Assembly: GCA_951406725.2 (NCBI GenBank)
Contig: OX597831.1
Span: 60,512,001 to 60,576,000, forward strand
Origin: Octopus vulgaris
Taxonomy: Eukaryota
Length of the DNA stretch: 64,000 nt
Direction: 5' to 3'
A model generated the notes under the pieces. It was given only the letters and a program-made list of their open reading frames with translations. It was not told the DNA's origin and did no database searches. Position 1 is the first letter of the stretch, and every line of letters starts with the position of its first letter. Both the position numbers and the translations under genes were made by a program. Shown piece by piece: positions 1 to 13,925 of this stretch.

Positions 1-1129
1 AATAATCTCCCCTTAAATTGTTTCCTACGTGTTGCTTCATTTACAAACAATCATTTATACACGCAACTTCAGAAAATATATGAAATAACAATATTTTCAC
101 CAATTTCAAGGACACGATTTGCGAAACTGGTAGAATCTCATAATATACTATCCTTTAAAATGTATTGAAAATACATAAATTGTGTGCATTCTTCTTACGT
201 CATTATATACTTTTTCACTGCAACTCACCACGTGGGTAAAACTCTTCAACGAAATTCTTTTTCATATATATATATATATATATATATATCATCAGTATTT
301 GTGTGTATTATAACTATTGCCTGCTTACTATAAACGATTTATTGACTAGTTAAATTAATACATGCGCCTACGTGTAATATTTTTCCTTCCTTTCACTTCA
401 CGATGACAGTAGAATTGATTGAAATCATGACGATTCGCTCCCGTGCTTCGGATACGAAGTGTATAAAAATTGACATAGTGTGTCTTTCAATCTGTATGAT
501 TGTATGTATGTGTGTATGCATGTATGTATACACTTACGACGATATGTTTTTGTGTACCATTATATGAATCACAATTCATAATGGGAATATTTGTGAATAA
601 GGATGTAAGAGAGTAAAACAACTTAAAACAGAATAATTTACGCAGCCATTCGCTGAACAATATCAAACAATAGATTCTGTTTAGTGAAGCACTCTATCAC
701 ATGGATATTTTTTCATGTTGTATGATTGCGGTTTATGAGGAAGAAATACAATAGTTGTATAAGAACATGTGTTGGTTATGCAGCTATAGTTTATCATGTT
801 TTCCTGTGGAGTGATGGGTAGAAGTTCAATATACGAGAAAACAGTTACTTTACTAATGTTATTGTGATGTCGGAAAACAGAACCTATGAAAAAATCGTGA
901 AAAACCATTATTAATGCTGTTGTCAAGCGCTGCATCATGCGAGATTCGTTTTCTAAAACAATCGCTTCAATTATTTACGACCATGGAGAGTTGTCATACA
1001 AGACTTTTCAATGTAAATTATCATGATATTAAAAATAAAATAATAACATTATTGACGATGGAGGCGGTGTTGCTGTTGCCGTTGCTAACGACGACGACGG
1101 TGATGACTAAGACGTTAATGATGATAATG

Positions 1130-1130
1130 G

Positions 1131-1203
<73 letters not shown>
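1130..1203. repeat. (GAT)n microsatellite
   Basis: Pure GAT run; it produces the poly-M and poly-I ORFs at 914-1255 and 1021-1347. Confidence 0.95.
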
Positions 1204-1204
<1 letters not shown>

Positions 1205-2340
1205 GTTATGTTGTTGGTATTGAAGGTAACGCTGGAGGTCATAGTGTCCATATGAATAAATAGATTATCACAGCGACTGCTGCTGCAAACTCTAGAATAT
1301 GAAATGTAAAAAAAAAAACGGAACAAAATTAAAACCACCAAAAACAATGACCAGTAAAATATTAATAGAAAACGGAGTCAAAGATATTTTGTGAGTGATT
1401 TTCATTGCAATATTGGCTTAAATTATAACAACTGATGTTGACACTGGTCATCGAATAGAGATGTTATATATTCAGGCGTTTATTTTAGTGTCTGTTGGTA
1501 AATTACTAAACTTGAAAGTAATTAGAAATTAATTTTTGAGTGAGAAAGTTCTGAGTTATTAGGACACTTTTCAAGCGGATGTTTTACATTTAATCAAACT
1601 CAAACATCAAATGTCTACTTTAGCCGATACAAAAGCAAAGTATAAATTTTCGGCACTATTCTGTTAGTATTATTTTTGACACAGTTGCATTATTATCAGA
1701 ATGGAAATCTTCACGTTTCTAACCATGAGATACGAATTGAAAGTATTGTCCATGTGCTTATTGTATTTAAATAGCTTTGCTATCTATATAGATGTGCACC
1801 AATAATATAATCTCGAGGCAAAGTCAATGTAACACGGTACATGAAGAAGCTGGCTATTTAAATAAAAAATTCTTCCTACGTATGTCCACGCAGATTCCCT
1901 CTGCCCGAATGTGACTCATAAGCATTTTATTGCCCCCCCCCTTATAGTAAATTGTTTCGTTTCGACAGAGTTAGCTCGTATACGTGGCTTCGAGCAAAAA
2001 ACTCAAGCATTCAACACATGGCACATCATATTCTATTAGCGTGAAATTGCAAGTGCTTCACATGAACCGCAATTGTAAGTAAACAGATACTATGCTCAAA
2101 CCTTCGTTTCGCAACCGTATACTGGTTTCATTTATTGAGCTGAGGCCAAGCACCGCTGCCGCCGATGTAATCGACACTCGTTATATTTCCAATTAACTAT
2201 CGGAATTGTAAAAGGCAAAGCAGCTTCTGAAAACAATGATAGATAATCAGCAAAATTATATTATCTAGACACACTCAGACTATTAAAAATAATATCATGC
2301 GAGTATATATACATACATACCTATATATATATACATACAT

Positions 2341-2437
<97 letters not shown>

Positions 2438-2589
2438 AATATACATACACAATTAAGGATAAAACCATTTTGAAGATATTTATCAAGTAGCCAGTGTGTA
2501 ATAAAACTACATAGGTAACAATTTATACTAATATATACTTATATAATTATATATCCACAAATATTTATATATACTTATACATACGTATG

Positions 2590-2627
<38 letters not shown>

Positions 2628-2655
2628 CATATATGTATATGTATGTGTGTATATA

Positions 2656-2701
<46 letters not shown>

Positions 2702-2721
2702 TTCATACATCTATGTGTGTG

Positions 2722-2785
2722 CGTGTGTGTCGTTTGCGATTTTCTTTCACCATCTTCCCTTCGTTGGACCTTTCCTTTTTCTATA
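2722..2785 (+). mobile_element. Fragment of the element family seen at 10513-10712, opposite orientation
   Basis: gcgtgtgtgtcgtttgcgattttctttcaccatcttccct...cctttttctat is close to the reverse complement of about 10637-10700. Confidence 0.65.
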
Positions 2786-2897
2786 GATAAATAGTTGGTT
2801 CCAGTTTACAAGATACACTACACAGTCCTATGAGACCCTCATCCAACACTTTCGAGAAAGTGGTAAATTCATATATTATCGCAGGATATTAACACAG

Positions 2898-2936
<39 letters not shown>

Positions 2937-3106
2937 TATAGGTACAATCTGGGCAAGGTTGTTTATTGAAGACCAACAGTCGCCCACGTATACCAGCCTT
3001 CCCTCTACACGCCACCGACTTTATCTAAGGGAAAGGGAAAGGCCAATACAGCTTGGGACTAGTGACATCGCAGCTCATTTATTAACGTGCAAATTGTTGA
3101 ACAACG

Positions 3107-3392
3107 CACAGACACGTGTACCCTTAACGTAGTTCTCGCGGAGATTCAGCGTGACACAGAGAGTGACAAGGCTGGTCCTTTGAAATAAAGGTACAACAGA
3201 AACAGGAAGAAAGAGTGAGAGAAAGTTGTCGTGAAAGAGTACAGCAGCGTTCACCACCAACCCCTACCGGAGCCTCAGGGAGCTTTAGGCGTTTTCGCTT
3301 AATAAACACTCACAATGCCCGATCTGGGAATCGAAACCGCGACCCTACAACCGCGAGTCCGCTGTCCTAACCACTGGGCCATTCCGCCTCCA
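3107..3392 (-). mobile_element. tRNA-derived SINE family A (OR-like head), 3' module type 1
   Basis: Minus-strand head GGAGGCGGAATGGCCCAGTGGTTAGG...GGTTTCGATTCCCAG has Pol III A/B-box-like motifs. Head and body are shared with the copies at 24110, 37463 and 58980. Confidence 0.9.
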
Positions 3393-5779
3393 CGAACGAA
3401 TAAGAGGAGATAAATAATTAGACAACTTGAAATAGATAGTAAATATGTGCCACTTTCAAGATGGATTGGGAAAACGGTTCAAATAAATATAAATTCAAAT
3501 ATACTAATGTCACAATGGAATATATATTTTTCTTATAAATCTCACACCGAGTAGTATTTTGCATACCTCAAGCTGTTGCTAATTGGTAGCGATGGCCGGT
3601 TTATAAAAATTGGTACAAGTTTTGGAGGCAGGAGTGATAACACTAATAGCTGCAGTTGTGTTGATGGTAGTTGTCACCTTTGATTTATGGGCGTAGTAAG
3701 AGATATATGTGCCAATTTACATATATTTGTAAACCGAAGTGAAAAGAAAATTGTGGAAAATGTTTACGTTATGTAATATTCAAATGGATGAATAACTACT
3801 ACAGGAGATTTACACCGAGAAACATTGCCTCACATAAGTTGCTTATTTTAAAACGAATACTCTGCTAACATCGTCACTCATACTGTAGTTTTACTTTTCC
3901 CCCAATGCCAGTGTTCATAGATGTGCTGTTTTAGGATTCCATCAATTCATTCACTTGACGTGACGATCAACTATTGCTTTCAGTGCAGCTTATCTACAGC
4001 TACACTGTCTAAAACTGTCCTTTATTCATATATACACATGCATATATCAGTCAACTACGGTAGTAGTTGAATAATAGTCTTAAGAGGACACAATTTACTC
4101 ACACGCAGCATTTTCATAACTTTGTCAGTAATTCAGTTCTTAACCAAATTGAAAATTGTTGATATTTTTGAAGTGGATTAGTCCCTAGATACAGTTTGGC
4201 ATACGTAATATTGAGATTTTGCCCAGTAGAAAAACTTTAGTAACATTATAGGAGAGTAAGTAAGACCTTTTTTATTATTTTAAAAGCTGAATATACTTAT
4301 CTTTGCTTCAATGATAGAAGAAAGCATGTGGAATTCCATAGTTTTAGTCTCATTCAACAAAAAGATATATAAAAAAAGTCGTGAGGTAAATTATCATGAA
4401 AATAATATAGGTAAGGCCAAAAATTAGATTAAAGCATAATTAATTTTTTTTTCATTTTAAAAATAGACTATATTTTAATCACGCTTAAATGATAAAATTT
4501 TACCCGGGGAATTTCATAGTATCAATCTCATACAATGAAGTCTTACATGAAAAGAAATACGAGTCATTGTTTCTAAAATTTGAGGGTAATAATATAGTTC
4601 TATACTGTTTTATGAATATAGTTCTATAAAGTGACTTTTAAAATATGCCACCGGCATCTTTGAGGTAAGGAAAAATTATCAACGACATTGCTAATTTGCA
4701 ATTAGTTTAATTACGACATCTGTATTAATTAATTAATGTGATTATATCATCAAAATGAAAAAAGATTAAAGTATTATTTAGAAATTTTGGCAATAGTCTA
4801 GCCATTTTGGCAATCTTTCGTTCTAACTTTTCGGCATTCAGGAAATTCCGTAAAAAGCTTTTATTTATTTATTTTTATAAGTGGTATTAAATATTAAGTT
4901 CTTAATTAACACATTATCAATTAACATTATAGTATAGCCTGGAAAAACATGGATTACGTGGGAAAATGCGTGCAAGAGGAATAATATTTTAAGATTATAA
5001 ACCTGGATATGTGCAGAAATAGTTATTACACTTGGAAAAGTTCAGGGCAAGCAATTACATCTGGTAATGTAAAAAACAAGAAAATTTATACTTAATATTT
5101 TGCAGCTAAGGATAAACTTTGAATATTAAAAATTATTTGACTTTCATTTACAAGGTAACATTATTAAAAGAGGATCCATCATTTTGTTAAAATATTGTCA
5201 CACTTGTATACTTAAAAAATGAACGCCACATTTATCCAATATAGCAAAAGTTTTATTCAAAGTAGAATGGTATATATGCTAGGCAAATCATTATGTAAAA
5301 AGTAGGCATTGGGTCAAGACTAGAAATGTAGACTCTGCAATGAGGAAAGCAAATTTGACTGTGAATTTGATATTATAGGTAGATTTTACTGTAATATATT
5401 ACTAACGTTTGTATTATTCTATTTATTGTATAACTAATTATGTACTACTATTATTTTTATAACCAATTTTCAAGTTTCTAATTATTAATTAATAATTTAT
5501 AAAATGAATTTTTTCAAAGTGCAGAAAATATTTTAAATTTTTAATACACATAAGAAATAATAAGAATTAGAATTAGTAATTGTAATCATTTTTTTAGTTT
5601 TAATAAAAGCTAATATTTTCTAAATCTAAATATCTTATTCGAAATGTTATCCTTCGCTACAATGTCTCAAGTAAAAATTTCCTTCATCTGAACTTTACCA
5701 GATAGAATGACTTTTACCGATTTATAATCTTAAGAATATTTCTCTTGCTCGTATTTTTCATGTAATGTATATATATATA

Positions 5780-6358
5780 CATAAATACAGAGATTGTATC
5801 AAAGTATTGCAATAGTATACGATTTAATGAACTCCAATATGGCGCAGATTGAGTTACCTTTAGACTTGTCTCCACATATTCAATTCCACAATTTTGGTAG
5901 CCCGCAACATAAAAAATCTTGCACAACAAATATTTAAACGTATATATATATATTTAACAATATATGTATTTACACACATACATGCATATACACACATACA
6001 TATACATGCGTACATGCATACATGCATGCGTGTGTGTGTGTGTCTCAGCTTACGTACGTGTGTAAGTGTGTAACATTAAACAACGTGTAAAAAAGACTAT
6101 TTATGCTATTATGAACGAGAATCAAATGGTTTCAGGATTATATAGAAAAGAAAATGATGTTATTCGCAACAGTGTTATTTCGAGGAAATCTATAAATATA
6201 CAAGCGAGAACGAAATGAATAACTGTGGCATAAATACAGAGAAGGTATCAAAGTATTGCAATAGTATACGATTTAATGAACTCCAATATGGCGCAGATTG
6301 AGTTACCTTTAGACTTGTCTCCACATATTCAATTCCACAATATTGGTAGCCCGCAACA
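5780..6358 (+). repeat. 130-bp direct repeat pair (5780-5909 and 6229-6358)
   Basis: Near-identical copies of cataaatacagaga...ggtagcccgcaaca, separated by about 320 bp. Confidence 0.9.
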
Positions 6359-6499
6359 AAGAGTAAGACAACCTGCTAAATATATATGTTTGCTAAATAT
6401 AAGTATGGACAAAGTTCGAAGACCAATATACTGGCGAAAAGTAGGCTCTAAAGGTATTGTATGATGCTTATGTTATTGAAATACTGTACTATATACTTA

Positions 6500-6740
6500 A
6501 CATGAAACCTTGAGATCTTTTAATAACTTAAGCACATAGCGTAGCAGTCTGCAGAAGTTCAACTCAATAATACAAACATCATATCGGTAACTCTGATATC
6601 TCGACAATTCCCATAACTCCATCATTAGATAAACGGTACCTCTATACTACCGTCTCTCAGACGGAAAGACTATATAATATCCTGGAGCCACAACCACTTT
6701 AAAAGATGAGATCTAGTCAATTATGAAACTTCTTTATACA
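6500..6740 (+). mobile_element. Degenerate Penelope-like endonuclease C-terminal fossil
   Basis: Frameshifted SFNN...SII...VP...RL..TERLYNI resembles the PLE C-terminal motif C.LC..EK..I. Confidence 0.35.
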
Positions 6741-7203
6741 CCGCTCGGTAGCTGCAGCCGATTTAACCATATTTTTATCTAAATGTTCTTTCATTCACAT
6801 GTGATGTTTGAATTTAATGTGATACATCTAAAGCCGCAGGTAAATAAACAGGAATTTTGTTTTCGTTTGATTATATATTTTTTCAATTACAAGGCTTTCA
6901 TGTAAGTATATTGAAGTTGAATTCAGACGCGTTATCGATATTTGATCGATATTTTTATCTATATACATTCTCAAGCATATTTTTTTCGAAAAAATTCTTT
7001 TGTTGTGTTATTTAGTTTTTAATAATGAAAGTTTGGTGAAAATATTCTATTGCAACTGGAAAATATATGACGCATAACAATGTTTATAAACATGCATGAA
7101 TTTGTATATGTGACTATACAAGTAAGAGTATTTGTGCGTTAAAGTATATACGTATCACTGCATGGGAGCACGTAGATATAGATGTGTATTTGCATGTATT
7201 ATA

Positions 7204-7271
<68 letters not shown>

Positions 7272-7393
7272 ATATATATATGTATGTATAAATATATATA
7301 TATATACATGCATGTATATATGTATAAATATATTTATGTATATATATATATATGTATATATACATGTTTCTATATATATACATGTATAATACG

Positions 7394-7454
<61 letters not shown>

Positions 7455-7511
7455 GTGTGTATGTGTATATGTGTGTGTATGTGTATATGTGTGTGTGTGT
7501 GTATGTGCATA

Positions 7512-7542
<31 letters not shown>

Positions 7543-8344
7543 ATATAATCAAGGTGCAGAAATGACGTATTCCGCGACTTAGGAACTTCCTTCCCTGATC
7601 ATCTGCTAATATTTCAAGTGTACCATGTTGTCGTGTTGTTTTTGTGTTTGTTCTTCGTTGTTCTGGATTTATTACACACACACATACACACACATATGCA
7701 CACACACACACTCACACACATACACACACACAGACACACACACAGACACACACACATATATATATATATATATACATGTATACAGATATATACATGTATA
7801 CATGTATACAGATAATGGGCGGTGACATATATGGTAATATGTAATTTCGATTTTGAGTACCATCCTCATTTATATAGTAGGTTTTGAGCGCATAGAAGTT
7901 TTTAAATTATATCATTATGTCATTCTGAATTTGAGTTAACATTTCGTTTGTCTGACTTCTGGTATACCTTTATATTCTACAGTGTTTATTCCATTTCTCC
8001 TTTCTCACTTTACTCAAAATTATATATATATTTTTTCCTTCACGTACGAAATTTCTGCCAAAAAATATTTATGAAATTTCACTTTACTTAACTTATTCGA
8101 AAATACAGCTATAAATATCTCCTTATCTGCCTATAAACATAAAACATGCGTATTACTAAAGGTGTTTCTACCACTGTATACAAATAGAAATATATTTACA
8201 TCGTATTCTGTATGCATACATACATTTATACATGTATTCATACATACATGCATGCATGTATATATATATAAATAATTATAAATTTTTTTCAGAATGAGAT
8301 AACAAATACCAAGGCTGTGAAGATTTTAGAAGATTTATAAATAG

Positions 8345-8394
8345 GTCTTACAACTGTTTCCAGGATATTTATGATATCCCTTCATATCGGAGAC
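8345..8394 (-). ncRNA. Minimal type I hammerhead ribozyme motif with a 2-nt core insertion
   Basis: Minus strand reads GTCT CCGATATGA AGGGATAT CATAA ATATCCTG GAAACAGTTGTA AGAC. Confidence 0.6.
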
Positions 8395-8658
8395 GGTGTG
8401 AGAAAATGGTTACGCAATAGTTTAGATAATATGCGAAATAGAGCGTGAAGTGGGGGAATGAAAATAGATGTGAGATATGCAGGGATATTACATTTGTAAA
8501 TCCATTATTTAGGCAAAGTGGCATACATATGATTCCAGTACCTTTTGAGTAAAATCTAATAGCATCTCACATATCCCACATCTATTTTCATTCCGCCACT
8601 TCACTCTCTTCTTCGTATGTTATCTAAATTAATTATTACTTAACCGTTTTCTCACACC

Positions 8659-8706
8659 GTCTCCGATGAAGGGATATAATAAATATCCTGGAAACAGCTG
8701 TAGGAC
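8659..8706 (+). ncRNA. Minimal type I hammerhead ribozyme motif (PLE type)
   Basis: GTCT CCGATGA AGGGATAT AATAA ATATCCTG GAA ACAGCTGT A GGAC: stem I GTCT/GGAC, stem II GGATAT/ATATCC, palindromic stem III, GUA cleavage triplet. Confidence 0.75.
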
Positions 8707-8920
8707 CTTCTATTTATAAATGTTCGAAAATCTTCACAGCCTTGGTTTTTTCTCTCCTTCTGAAAAAAATATTATATATACACACGCTGATATATGATCT
8801 ACGTTGGACCCCTTATTCGAAAATCACCGAATCTGAAACTTAACTATTGTCTATACATAGCACTTGTTCAGCATTACCTGGCACCTTCGGGTCTTACTGA
8901 CACCATTACCACTCATAACC

Positions 8921-8964
<44 letters not shown>

Positions 8965-9372
8965 GTATACCTGTAAATATTATCATGCGATTATACATAC
9001 ACAACTATTAATACACGACATATTTATGCATACATATTACAAATAGACTTATACATGCATCTGCATTCAATTGTATGTATATATATATGCATTCGTACTC
9101 AAACATGTACGTGCCTACATGAATGTTCACGTGCAATGTTGCTTATATATAATATAATATAATTTAATATAATTTAATTTGAATATATTTGGCGAACATA
9201 CAGTCAGCATGTCACCAGTTACAAAAGGCAAGAAATTGGAGTGAAGCCTTTTGTAGAAGCAAAAGTTATTATTTATAGGCAGGGAAGTTGCCGGCCTATA
9301 AAACAAATTCTTAATTATATAATTGTATGTGTACACACACACTCACAAATATGTTTATATGTGTGTTGGAGG

Positions 9373-9450
<78 letters not shown>

Positions 9451-9550
9451 GTGGAGGTGTATGTATATAATAATATGAATAAAATATATATGCATATATA
9501 CATATGTATATATGTTGATCTACATATATGTATATACATAAGTATATATA

Positions 9551-9989
9551 GGTACACGACGTCATAGAACGTAAACGGCCATCGGCCATCTTTCTTCTAA
9601 CTTGAGTTTCTTTTTATCCTTCCGATCAGATGCCTTCTTGTCCGTTTCCTGTCAAAGCTTGTTCCTCCGGCGTTCTGCTCCTCATCTACTTAAGGCTTAG
9701 CAGCCCTTTATGTTTGTTTCACAGTCCTGTTTTTGCTACCATATTTGTCCCTATGCCAAATCCCAAATTTTATTTAATTTACTTTGCGGGAGAAACTGTT
9801 TTGTCGAAGAGGCATCTTGTCTTGAATTGCGCAAAAAACGGAGTAGAAAAACACTGACAAACGCCAAATGTTCGTTCTTTATGCTGCTTATCTTGTTTTT
9901 TTATTTATTTATTTCGTTATTCCCCCTAAATGTTCGTATTCCAGGTTTTCGTATATCAGGTTGCTTACGTTCTATAACGTCCAGTGTCC
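9551..9989. mobile_element. MITE-like element with terminal inverted repeats, inserted in (TA)n
   Basis: gacgtcatagaacgtaa (9558-9574) versus ttacgttctataacgtc (9965-9981), one mismatch. Confidence 0.7.
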
Positions 9990-10054
9990 ATATATGTATA
10001 TGTATATACATACATAAGCATATATATATGCATGTACGTATATGTATCCATATA

Positions 10055-10122
<68 letters not shown>

Positions 10123-10474
10123 TATGTTATTTACATTATTATATGATTGAACGCTAAGTATCCACTTCCAAGTGAGTTATATATACATACACACATATAT
10201 ATATATATGTGTGTGTGTGTGTGTATGTGTGTATGTGTGTATACACGTATGCATATATGCACACATCATTACACACATATGTGTATATGAGAGCATACAA
10301 TGTTTATAAACATGTAAGAATTTCTAGATGTGATCATATATAGAATAACGAATATGCATTAAAGTAAATATGTATAAATGCATTTCAGCACTTAAACATA
10401 GATGTATATTAGTATGTATTATACACACACATACACACACAGACACACGCAGACAGACACACACACACACACAT

Positions 10475-10512
<38 letters not shown>

Positions 10513-10513
<1 letters not shown>

Positions 10514-10712
10514 ATCAATCCAAACAGGAAAACACAACAACGTGAGGACGTAGAACAAGTATAGTATTATTGGACGCCCAAGAAAGAAGGAAAGAGGGAG
10601 GGTTTAACGTTTCGAGCGGAGCGCTTCGTCGGAAACATAGAAAAAGGAAAGATCCAAAGAAGGGAAGACGGAGGAAAAAAATCGCGAACGGTACACACGC
10701 GGTCACATTTTG
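10513..10712 (-). mobile_element. Short PLE-derived element in (TA)n with a hammerhead motif at about 10603-10635
   Basis: Minus strand reads TTT CCGACGA AGCGCTCCGCTC GAAACGTT AAA. Related pieces occur at 2722-2785 and probably 7590-7672. Confidence 0.65.
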
Positions 10713-10758
10713 AATGTATATATATATACACAAACCTATATATATAGGCATATATATG

Positions 10759-10793
<35 letters not shown>

Positions 10794-10824
10794 TCTTATA
10801 CGCACACAGGCACACACACAAATA

Positions 10825-10894
<70 letters not shown>

Positions 10895-12091
10895 TATATT
10901 TATTTGGCTTTTGTGAAAAGAAAGATGGTATTTCTGAGAATTGTTATTAGTCACTACGATTGTTTCGACCAATCTAGCATTGGTCCATGAAGGGTGAAAT
11001 TCTTAACAACTGATTCAGTACCATCCGACGATGCAGATGCGTTTCTTCGGGTGATAAATTAATATAACTCCTTAACTCGACAGTCCGTAATGTATCTTCT
11101 CATTTCGTATAAAGAAAAACAGAAAATTAAAGGATACAGCTTCATTTATATAAAACATCAATAATAAAATAACAGATTCTAAAAAAGAAACGAACACGCA
11201 ATGTTCGTTGTGTTTGCTTGTTAGATATACATATATTATATACAACGGTATTTCATTTGACGCCATGCACACTTGCATACATATATACATGCATATATGT
11301 ATACACTCACACACACACACACATATATATACATATATGTCCAAGAGAAAGAGAGCGAGAAAGTGAGAGACGAAGACATACATATATGCACGTACACAAA
11401 TTCCAGTATCTTTTAGATATTTATATTATTTTATTTCGGTCTTCAAAAGAAGGTCAACATTTAAATATTAGTGTAAGCATCTTATTTCAGTGTGTATCTG
11501 CGTGTTCATCTGTGTGTATAAAATCTACTACGATATTTACACGTCCCCATATAAATATCTGTGTATGCAAAATATTTAACGCATCTTACATATCTCTAAT
11601 GTGTAGAGAGTTTAACTTCAACATTTTTATGTAGTTCATTTTTTGTTTAAATGTAAATATCAAAATGCGATGATATTAAAAACAGATTCATATGTATGGG
11701 AATATGATGCTGCGAAGCGTATTAAAACTGAGAAAAATGAGAAACTGTTAAAATGATGAAAATCTGTTGGGCTGTCTCCGAATTTGATACTGGTAAAAAT
11801 GAAAACAGTCAAAGAATTCAGGATGATCGCAAATGTGTTTTATATGAGTCTAATCCCAATATACATGAAGAAGAATATTGTGTTAAGCAAATAAGATTTT
11901 CAGTTTGCAATCTGCGAAACAATACCATATATGTAACAAGAAGATGCCTATAAAAAAAATATTCCGTTTTTATCACCCACAATCTCAGGAAACACAAACT
12001 TTTGCATTTAGTCAAACGCTTCCAACCAATTCTACACCAGTCTCCAAATCTCCGACAGATACTGAAGGAACAACAGATCCTCAACAGCCAA

Positions 12092-12497
12092 AGACCACCA
12101 CCTAATCCATCCCCTCCTCACCATGGTGGGGACGCTGGCAACGGGTAGTGTCAGAGCAATGCCGTCGGGAACTTCGGTTTCTAGTAGGGCCACCCAAGGC
12201 GGATTGGTCTGACACCGAGTGGTATTAGGGCCACAAGCCGGCAGACGGGGCTCTGGTGAAAATCCTCGGAGTGTCTGTTCCGGCAACCGACGGCTCCTCA
12301 GTCGTTCTGTCCCTGCGTCTGCGGACAATCTGCGGGCAAACAGGATGTCTCTACATGCGGGATTGTTGGGGACTGCTTGTGAAATCCACATATTCCCACG
12401 AAACTTCTTCCAACTTCTTCGAGATGCCTCAAGGGTGGTAGAAGAAGCAGATTCAACTCGCCCAGGGTGAATGTCGCCACATGTACAAGTAAGTACC
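12092..12497 (+). mobile_element. Non-autonomous RTE-derived element (5'UTR-like part joined to LINE 3' end)
   Basis: GAGCAATGCCG...TAGGGCCACCCAAGGCGG resembles the RTE/BovB 5'UTR; the element ends GTACAAGTAAGTA. Homologous to 35818-36305 and 56902-56979. Confidence 0.75.
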
Positions 12498-12890
12498 GCC
12501 TTATCTTAAGAACGTAAGAGACATCAAAACAAGGCAAGTTTCACATGAGACTAAGAAACCTCGCAATTAACTCTGTGTGGAGACCCTCGATATAGGACAT
12601 GCGTATTAATCGGAGAGTGATCAGCCAAAGAATTTTAAAATGGGGAGGAATTAAATGTATATGCAAATAGGAACTACAGAATTTTAAAAAAATATTATAC
12701 CGTGTCACATGCCCGCGATACAATGAAAACTATGTTGGAGAAACAAAACCGAAATTAACCTACCATGTAAATGTGCAAAGATACTAACTAAAACATGCCT
12801 CGCTTGATGCTTAGCCTGCAGCGAACAGTTAGTCACTTGTGTACAAGGAAATTCACAATATTCCACTTTTATAAAATAAACTTGCAGAAA
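12498..12890 (+). mobile_element. Penelope-like retroelement GIY-YIG endonuclease fragment
   Basis: CGDPRYRTCVLI, then ILYRVTCPRYNENYVGETKPKL, then CSEQLVTC and an FTIF...YK-like motif. Confidence 0.8.
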
Positions 12891-13284
12891 TAATAGGCGT
12901 TGATCGGGTTAAAGAAAAGAATGAAATTTAAAAATGCCTTTTAAATCTCTAACATGAAACAGAATACGTAAGTTTCACCTCCTCCTAGCTGAGATATCAA
13001 ATTTATATGTTAAGAACCTGACGTTCCTCAGGTTATTGAAGTAATGGCATTTAAGTATGTCTTTTAAATCTCTAAGTAAAATGAAACGTGGATTATGCAG
13101 TTCTCAACAGTAATTAGCTGAGTTACAAACTATTAATGTCAGTAGCATGTTTTATCCGATGGTCCCGGTGTTAAGGTTATTAAAAAAACAGGTAGTTCTT
13201 TAATTGTCAGTACTTATTTGAAACATGTTGAACCTGAAAATGCATAAATTTGAGCAGAACCTATATCTATACACACACACACAT

Positions 13285-13367
<83 letters not shown>

Positions 13368-13529
13368 CATATATGTCCAAGAGTGCATTTAACAAAAATT
13401 CTATCAGATGTCAGTATAAAGAAATGTATTGGAACAAATACAGAAATTAATCACAGTTTAATTATCTAGAGCTTCTAAATATACGATGAATTTGAGTGCG
13501 TACTTTAATTGGTGTATAAATGAAAAGAT

Positions 13530-13925
13530 TTGGGAAACTTCCAGCTCGCGAACTTCCTGCATATAATTGCCCATGAGAGAAGCAGGATGAAATTCAACAA
13601 CCCTGAGAGACTGTCATTGAGACTTGTGTATTGACATAGCGAAACTTAGTTTCAATGGGAACTAGAACCGTTTAAATTCAAAGTGGATGTCATATGGGAT
13701 TAACGGGATCCGTAGAATGAAGACATCCTCAACTTTATAGTTCGCAGTCATAACTATTGACCCTAGGACATGGGGTCGCATCGCTTTCACCACCAGTCTG
13801 GTGCCATTGCACATATGAGGTGGGTCCATATTCCCGAGCAGTATGATTGGGGCCACATTATGTGGTGGGGTAGTATCCCACATGCTTGTAGAGTGTTTAG
13901 GAACTCAGTAGGAAAAACTATAGCC
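13530..13925 (-). mobile_element. Helitron PIF1-like helicase fragment (pseudogene)
   Basis: PIILLGNMDPPHMCNGTRLVV...VFILRIPLIP..FEFKRF*FPLKLSFAMSIHKSQ matches the Helitron CNGTRL and FAMTINKSQGQ motifs. Confidence 0.9.

Larger units (their letters stand above)
8282..8770. mobile_element. Fold-back element with about 200-bp inverted arms, each carrying a hammerhead motif (Penelope pLTR-derived)
   Basis: About 8282-8480 is the reverse complement of about 8570-8770; flanks are TA-rich. Confidence 0.85.

Noticed and set aside
12092-12170. HDV-like ribozyme at the 5' end of the RTE-derived element (CCCTCCTC)
   Set aside because: I could not build consistent P1/P3 pairing in either copy by eye. 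A consensus-based search would be needed.
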